This document shows positions 54,673-64,000 of a stretch of 64,000 nucleotides of DNA, piece by piece. Numbering within the stretch: the stretch's first letter is position 1; each line of letters opens with the position of its first letter. A program made the translations under genes and the position numbers. This stretch comes from Macrostomum hystrix (Eukaryota > Animalia > Platyhelminthes): contig CATNEN010000030.1 of NCBI GenBank assembly GCA_950097015.1, forward strand, positions 2,976,001 to 3,040,000, in the 5' to 3' direction. The notes under the pieces were generated by a model that did no database searches, was not told where the DNA came from, and saw only the letters and a program-made list of their open reading frames with translations.

Positions 54673-55809
54673 CGTAAATCCGACAGGCGTGTTACTACAG
54701 GTTGAAATCAATTGTAGGCTAACGTCTTAGTGTTGTGTTTTTTAGTACAGTTCTGCTCGCTTTTTTATGCTCCCGAATAAGGGAACTTTAGTTGGGATTT
54801 TATATGCTCTATCGATTAGATTAGCGTTAGATAATCTGGCTAGACCAGTAGAAAAAAACACCGACGGCAGACTTTTGCCGCGCCCCGTAGTGAGTACACA
54901 TGAAGGAAAGAAGAGCAGAGCATCTTCTACAGAGGGACGCGGCTGCTAACATCAAGGCATTTGAAACTGGGCAAATTCTAAACGGGATAAATCTGACACC
55001 TTTGAGAGGATCCCAGCCGCTAATCCCTAAATGACATCTCTATATTCTCGGTGGCCTACAATCTGACAATCCCATATTCACATGCTTAGGATTAGCAGTC
55101 TTTCAGAAGATTAACTGCATCGCCCCGCCCTTTGTGGAAAGCCCCGCAAAATACTTTCTTTAATTTATTAAATTTGAGAAGCGCAACGGGTTTAACCGTG
55201 TCGGCTGGATTCATCCATGGTCTCAGGGTCCAGGCATGCTTCCACGACTTGGCAACTGCATAGCTCGGGTGAGTCCTTTTTATAGATTTTATTTGTTGAA
55301 TTAAAATCAGAGAAAATCGTGATTTCTGAGTGACCTGGCTGAAAAGGAGATATCCTAATCAACAAGTAGTAATGATTTCCCATACGTGATTCCAGGTAGT
55401 GAGTGAAGAGGCTGGATTGACACGCGAAATGAATCTGAGCGACGGCAAATACACACAGGCTTCAGAGGCAATCAACAATGTTCCCGTAAAATATTAATTC
55501 AATGCGCAATAATTGTAACTGGTGTGATAGCTAGAGATTATTTGCTTATTCATTGCCAGCTTCTGAGATTGGAATAATGTGACTAATGAGTTCGCTAAAT
55601 TGAATAGAAAAAAACAAGATTTTTTCCTGACATGTCTCCCATAGCCACTTGATCAGGTGTTTAAGTCGGCTAATAATGTAACACTTCAATCAGAAATAAG
55701 TGCATTTCGGATAAACATTGATACGGCTAGGAAAATGTTGGATATTCATACTTTTACGATCAAGCGTAACTGCCCCTCTTTGGGATAAATTTAAACAGCG
55801 TATCGCGTA

Positions 55810-56092
<283 letters not shown>

Positions 56093-56463
56093 AAAAAGTC
56101 TGCAGCTCAAAAAGCCTCCTGGACTACTTGAACTAAATTTTAAAAGCAAGAAGAAAACACCAGAAAACACCGACAACACAAATGCGTCAACAACTGAACA
56201 AAAGGGAAAGACAATTAAAAGCCACAACGGACATATCTACGAATACGGATGCCTAGTTACACAAGCAGGGCTTCCAGATAAAGCAAAAAGCCAAGTTACT
56301 CAAGGACTAGAATTGTTTCCCTTGAGCTGAGAGTCGAACTCCGAACCTCTCAGATAAAATATGTTTGAAAATGAAAGGAAATTGAAACGATCAGTCGATG
56401 AAATGGCACAACAAAAATGATCACATCAAAACAGATGCAGTGATTTCGCTTCGAAATGTCGCC

Positions 56464-58500
<2,037 letters not shown>

Positions 58501-58934
58501 AGCTACGCAGTACGGAGTAGAAAAAGGCTGCGTGCCAGACTAAATTATAGCGAGTCATATTTTTCGTTCGTCAAACGATGCACACCTGATCGCGTTACAC
58601 ATAAGAACGGATAATATCTAGATCAAAAGCGGCTGACTGACAGAGTGCAGTGTTCAGACAGCACCCATCTCAATTGCTTAGCGAATTGCACCTATTTCAC
58701 TATTTGAAATCTGTAGACAGGCATTGATTGAGCTATTTGATATCTGGTGAGTTTTTAGAGCGGAAAATTTGCCCGACTGGAGAAATAAGTGTAAGACTTG
58801 GCTGCAGACTATCCTCATTTCGATTTTGATATTAGATTTTTCCTTCGAATGCTAACTGCCGGAACTATGTAGGGGTACTTTAGCTGCTGCCAAGCAAGTT
58901 AAAACTTGAAATATATAAGAATAATTAATAATAT

Positions 58935-59235
58935 AACAATTGGCTACACCTGCCCCAATTGGGCCAGATGTGGAGCCGACAGCACAGCCGCAGCTATTGC
59001 GCGGCGCATCTGAAGGCTGCGTACAAGCTGTTCAGTCCATGGACTGGGGGGACGCCACACCCACCTACAATTATCCCAGCTCAGTGCTGGTACACATTTG
59101 ACAGCTGGGTTAACTGAAGCAATGCAAAGTTAAGTGTCTTGCTAAAGGACAGGAATTGTTCCAGTGGAGTCGGGAATCGAACCCCCGACCTTCAAGTTTT
59201 GAGTCCGACGCCCTAACCACTAGGCTACAACCTCT
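58935..59235 (-). mobile_element. SINE family B, full length
   Basis: Reverse-complement match to 14292-14564, including tRNA-like head and 3' end. Confidence 0.85.
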
Positions 59236-59726
59236 CTATATATTTATAAATACCTATCAATCTATCGAAATGATATGTGGCAAGTTGTGTTATTCAGCTG
59301 ATTGTGAAATGGTTACCTGAAATGGCTATCACTGTCAGGTATCAGTTGAAAGAATAAAACGATGTTGATAAAACAGACAAAAGGCTAAAACTGGGGGGGT
59401 TAAATCCCCGGATCATTGCTGTTCAAGGTGCTAATCCCTCAGCTCCTGTTCAATAGTATTAATTCTGTTTCACATCTATAAGATAAGATCTTTGAAACAG
59501 CTTCATCAGCTAGCTATAATATCTCCATTAATTTGATTCCTCGCTTCAATTGCCGGTTTAATTGCATTGTCCATCGACAAACAGAAACTCTTTCGTTGCC
59601 GGGTGCACCTTAGCGAGCCAGTTTTTGTAACCGGTTCAATTTAAATTATCGGCGTTACGTGTGAAGGCTATACTATTAGCTAGCTGCATTCTTTCTGAAA
59701 TTTTCCAATCCAACCTTGGGAACCTG

Positions 59727-60623
59727 GAGTGAGAGTATCTCGCTTATTCAAGCCTGAGTAAGATAATTATCAACGGGTAATTTCCTGGGTGAGATATCTC
59801 GCTTATTCAAGCCTGAGTAAGATAATTATCAACGGGTAATTTCCTGGGTGAGAGTGTCTCGCTTATTCAAGCCTGAGTAAGATAATTATCAACGGGTAAT
59901 TTCCTGGGTGAGAGTGTCTCGCTTATTCAAGCCTGAGTAAGATAATTATCAACGGGTAATTTCCTGGGTGAGAGTGTCTCGCTTATTCAAGCCTGAGTAA
60001 GATAATTATCAACGGGTAATTTCCTGGGTGAGAGTGTCTCGCTTATTCAAGCCTGAGTAAGATAATTATCAACGGGTAATTTCCTGGGTGAGAGTATCTC
60101 GCTTATTCAAGCCTGAGTAAGATAATTATTAACGGGTAATTTCCTGGGTGAGAGTGTCTCGCTTATTCAAGCCTGAGTAAGATAATTATCAACGGGTAAT
60201 TTCCTGGGTGAGAGTGTCTCGCTTATTCAAGCCTGAGTAAGATAATTATCAACGGGTAATTTCCTGGGTGAGATATCTCGCTTATTCAAGCCTGAGTAAG
60301 ATAATTATCAACGGGTAATTTCCTGGGTGAGAGTGTCTCGCTTATTCAAGCCTGAGTAAGACAATTATCAACGGGTAATTTCCTGGGTGAGAGTGTCTCG
60401 CTTATTCAAGCCTGAGTAAGATAATTATCAACGGGTAATTCCTGAGTGAGAGTATCTCGCTTATTCAAGCCTGAGTAAGATAATTATCAACGGGTAATTC
60501 CTGAGTGAGAGTATCTCGCTTATTCAAGCCTGAGTAAGATAATTATCAACGGGTAATTTCCTGGGTGAGAGTGTCTCGCTTATTCAAGCCTGAGTAAGAT
60601 AATTATCAACGGGTAATTTCCTG
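59727..60623. repeat. 60-bp satellite, about 15 highly homogeneous copies
   Basis: gagagtgtctcgcttattcaagcctgagtaagataattatcaacgggtaatttcctgggt; successive 60-nt lines of the sequence are identical. Confidence 0.97.
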
Positions 60624-61159
60624 TGACAAACAGCTTCGATCAACTCAAAAAGTGTTCTGACAATTACCTGATTATCTCTAGTGTATGATTGCTCGCGTTT
60701 ATCAATTGCGCTTGTATTTTTTACTCCTGAGAAAATCCTGAAAATAATATCTAGGTACGGATTAGTAGCGTCTCGAGAGATTACAGTTTGTCAGAGTGCA
60801 CGATTGTTCAATTGAAATAGATTTTATGAGCAGTGTCGCGTACTCACAGATTCGCTCGAGTTCTTTGTTTTATTCTTTTTGTCCAGTTTCTCACGTGCTA
60901 TTGATTTATTGCCAATTGGAGAAAACAGAATTAGTCTTAAAGTGAGCATGCAGGCTTACGATTGGCCCGCAGTCGGCCAATAAATGCGAACTGAATGGTG
61001 CAATTTGTAGAGTAAAAAGCTTTTGACGTTTCACCCATTTGTAATTAACTAAGAATGAAAGCAACAGAACTTGGTATACAAGGTGTACTGAGCGAACATT
61101 TGTTTCAAATATAAAAGGACATATTTATTCAGTGGAAATCTGGCTGCCATATCTCATAA

Positions 61160-61392
61160 TACGAGCGGTCAACGCGTCTGCCTCCCGCACCAAGGTCCCT
61201 GAGCTCGATTCCGCGGCGAGGCCACATTCATTTGAGAGAGAGAGAAGGCTTGGGGGCTTGTCACGCAATTTAAGCCCTTAAGGGCCAACCTCCAAGGCAC
61301 AGTGAGAGTGTACCCTCCTGACGATGAGAAAGTCAGGGCAGATGTACACACCTGTGTGTGTGCCAGCGTACAGTATCTGTGTGCGCGTGTGT
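61160..61392 (+). mobile_element. SINE family A copy, decayed head and truncated 3' end
   Basis: cgcaccaaggtccctgagctcgattccgcggcgaggccacatt...cctgacgatgagaaagtcagg. Confidence 0.78.
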
Positions 61393-61774
61393 ATCTCGGT
61401 ACCTGTCAAATGGAAAACATGAAAAATTTGGTCGAGAAATTTTCCTAGCTCCACCCACTAATCCGATATGATATTTCTTCTTCTAGAAGTCGCGAAAGTC
61501 ACTTATTTACCGCAAAAAAACAAACGAATTTGTCAATATATAGCAAAACAAATGCGCTCTTAATTGCGCTGTTCTCTGAAAACTTCACTTGAAAGCGGAT
61601 TACTGTCTTTTTTAATTAGGCATGCTCATTCTGGCTCATTGCCAAATAATTAGCGTCTAAATTCTAATTATGAAATCGTAGCCTTGTGCTCGTATATTTA
61701 TTGCAAAAAAACTATTTTATGTCCGATTAGAATGACGGAGTAGTGAAGCAGTTATAACTATTAGCAGTAGAAAG

Positions 61775-62065
61775 ACCACGCTATCCCCCCTGGGGAAGAC
61801 CACGCTATTTCTCCCCCCTGGGGAAGACCACGCTATTTCTCCCCCCCTGGGGAAGACAACGCTATTTCTCCCCCCTGGGGAAAGACCACCCTATTTCTCC
61901 CCCCTGGGGAAAGACCGCCCTATTTCTCCCCCCTGGGGAAAGACCACCCTATTTCTCCCCCCTGGGGAAAGACCACGCTATTTCTCCCCCCTGGGGAAAG
62001 ACCACCCTATTTCTCCCCCCTGGGGAAAGACCACGCTATTTCTCCCCCCTGGGGAAAAACCACGG
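61775..62065. repeat. ~32-33-bp tandem array of the element terminal repeat (ggaaagaccacgctatttctcccccctgg)
   Basis: About 9 direct copies with variable C-run length. Confidence 0.92.
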
Positions 62066-62145
62066 GGTAATCCAAATACCCACTGCCTACATCATGCGCT
62101 CTGGCTCGTAAAATTTTTTTTCACCTGCCTGCTATCATACACCGT

Positions 62146-63151
62146 GTGGACCGACTAACAGTCAGACAACTCAAGAGTGAGCTGGGTAGCCGAGGGCTCT
62201 CAACCGCAGGTAATAAGTCGGCCCTGCAAGCCAGACTGAGACAACACGAGGGGCAGTCACAGCCTCAAGACGGCGGGACGCACCTGAACCATTCGGCATC
62301 GACATCGGCATCGGCATCCACCAAGTCCCGACCAAGGCCGGGACCCACGGGAGGCGGACCTGGACGGTGAGATTCGGCGGGCGCAGAAACGACTGCAGCT
62401 CCTACAGCTTCAAAAACGCGAGCGAGAGCTTCGGGAACGCGCCGTCGTGACTGCTCGTACAGAATCAGGTGAGCAGCAGAATCTCTTTGCTGAACTTCTC
62501 AACCCAACAGGCCCCGTCAGCGCTAGAGCCAACCCCCGGCCGGTCGGGCAGCCGTGTCTGCTCGTCAGAGACTTTGTCGATGATCTGTCAGACCAGGCTG
62601 ACGAGTTGCTCACCCTGGGCAGCTCTGGCGGCCTCGTGCTCAAGAAGTCGACGACCAAGCTAGACGGCATGACAGTTGGACAGTGGTTGGCCGGCAGCAT
62701 GAAGATCCTGCTTTAGATGCTTGAAGACACAGCGCCGCAGGTGACCAGCAAGGGCCAGGTGTACAGCACAACTGAGCAAGTCAAAGACTACGCCCAGTAC
62801 AATGTCCAGGTGGCCGAGCTATTGGACAGATTCCCGGCGCACCGGGTGATCAGATTCGACCCTGACTACCGCCAGCACCGCGCAGCCAACAGACTTCGCT
62901 GGGGCAAGGACTGCGCCCAGATGTCGATCAGGCACCTGCACAGCATTAAGACGGACCAGTACAACCAGAGAGCCAAACGAAACCAGAATAGCAACAAGAG
63001 CCGCGTCATGGGTCCGCGGACATCCTCAGGCCGTGAGCTGTGCTTGTCCTTCAACAGCACCAACGGCTGCATGAGGAACAATTGCCGATTCCTCCATGCC
63101 TGCCGAATCTGTGAGGGCAGCCACTCCGAGCAGAATCACGCAAAAAACTGA
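62146..63151 (+). pseudogene. Disrupted gag-like ORF1 with N-terminal SAP domain
   Basis: MDRLTVRQLKSELGSRGLSTAGNKSALQARL (SAP consensus); frameshift before about 62370; in-frame TAG at 62714-62716 between two same-frame ORFs. Confidence 0.7.
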
Positions 63152-63225
63152 GCAAGCGCGCCGACACGGCGCGCGAAACCTATTTTACGCCTCCTGCTTT
63201 TAACTGCCTCGCTGAGCCCGCTCCC

Positions 63226-63760
63226 GTGCCCTGCATCGTCAAGCCTCCAGCGCGGATGTCCGATCTGACGCAGCCAGTGGGTGATCTCCGCATCGACGCC
63301 TGGCGCTCCGAGCTTGTTGGCGACCCCGACGCTGATTTTATTCTCGACGGCATCGAGAGTGGCTTCTCGATTGTCGATGACTTCGACTTTACACCTTGTT
63401 TCTGCAGCAACTACCAGTCCGTCAACCGGAATCGCGACCAAGTCCAAGCTGTTATCGTAGAAGAAATCCGCGCCCGTCGGCTCCTCGGCGCCGCCCCAAG
63501 GAGCAAACAAGCGTTGCGGCCGGCCGGCCGACCTGCAGCAGCTGCACGGCGTGCTGCGACCAGAAGAGCCCAGGGACTGCGCATTCTGGTGTGCCTGCAT
63601 CGTGGGCTGGTGGGCCATGCTGCGGCGAGCCAACCTGTGCGTATCCGGCCGGTTCAATCCGCAGCGAGACCTCAGCGCGAGCTGCATCCGGCCGTCAAGG
63701 GCCGGCGTCATCCTCGTCATTCCGCTGCCTTTGTCGCCACGCCTGTACCTTCCCTCTTGC
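63226..63760 (+). pseudogene. Fused remnant of reverse-transcriptase N-terminus and tyrosine recombinase
   Basis: RT-like sequence runs to VEEIRA, then switches to YR-like RRLLGAAPRSKQALRPA; removing a duplicated ggcc (about 63520-63529) restores PADLQQLHGVLRPEEPRDCAFW...LRRANL. Confidence 0.6.
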
Positions 63761-64000
63761 TGCTTTTGGCCCTGTTGGCTAAATACCCACTGCCTACATC
63801 ACAATGACTCCCAAAAACTTTCGTGAAAGTCCACCATTCTAGATAAACATTTCGCCCTCTTCGATAAACCAACTTTCAAAGCCGCCCGACGTCAGCATCG
63901 TCGAGACATTGGTTCAATAATAAATAATATAATCAATCCAATATAGTCAAGAATAATAGCCGACATGGTTACCTGTTGTAGTTTTGTGAAAAAGAAAATA

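Larger units (their letters stand above)
61765..63801 (+). mobile_element. Ngaro/DIRS-like tyrosine-recombinase retrotransposon, non-autonomous and internally deleted
   Basis: Tandem ~33-bp terminal repeats; gag-like ORF1 with C-terminal Cys/His cluster (LCLSFNSTNGCMRNNCRFLHACRICEGSH); overlapping RT N-terminus (WRSELVGDPDADFILDGIESGF); YR fragment (FWCACIVGWWAMLRRANL); 21-nt direct repeat aaatacccactgcctacatca at 62074 and 63781. Confidence 0.8.

Noticed and set aside
47746-54705. Long repetitive ORFs (CQCQDC, KTEVGVEGV, GTGVQPF, STRTFQSVQEP and others)
   Set aside because: All coincide with tandem arrays and are open in several frames and on both strands; there is no non-repetitive coding context.
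59727-60623. Possible CRISPR array (regular period, palindromic unit)
   Set aside because: Units are contiguous with no unique spacers, there are no cas genes, and the context is eukaryotic. The same applies to all other arrays.

Overview
Eukaryotic (animal) genomic DNA, not prokaryotic. GC-rich exons with poly-Ala/Gln/Ser runs sit in AT-rich introns packed with minisatellites; this style resembles the free-living flatworm Macrostomum (inference only). By tracing GT-AG boundaries and reading-frame phase I reconstruct these genes: a 9-exon TRPM channel (+), a 4-exon class-3 aldehyde dehydrogenase ending in a CaaX box (+), a 3-exon AGGF1 (+), an intronless DEG/ENaC channel (-), a 3-exon small Cys-rich membrane protein (+), a possible 2-exon orphan gene (-), and two tandem 3-exon opsin paralogues (-). 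Mobile DNA includes an internally deleted Ngaro/DIRS-type tyrosine-recombinase retroelement with dispersed terminal-repeat copies, two tRNA-derived SINE families, piggyBac- and hAT-type MITEs and a 91-bp retro-insertion with a TSD. About 30 tandem arrays are present, and these explain all the very long ORFs in the supplied track. Most striking is the opsin pair. Both keep the retinal-binding Lys296, the C110-C187 disulfide and CWxPY, but both have lost NPxxY (SAAAH/SAVAH) and E/DRY (LRC) and lack an acidic residue at the usual counterion sites. Their first exons share a 601-bp tract with only 3 differences, while exons 2-3 are clearly diverged. Gene models are manual and repeat boundaries approximate; no database search was run.
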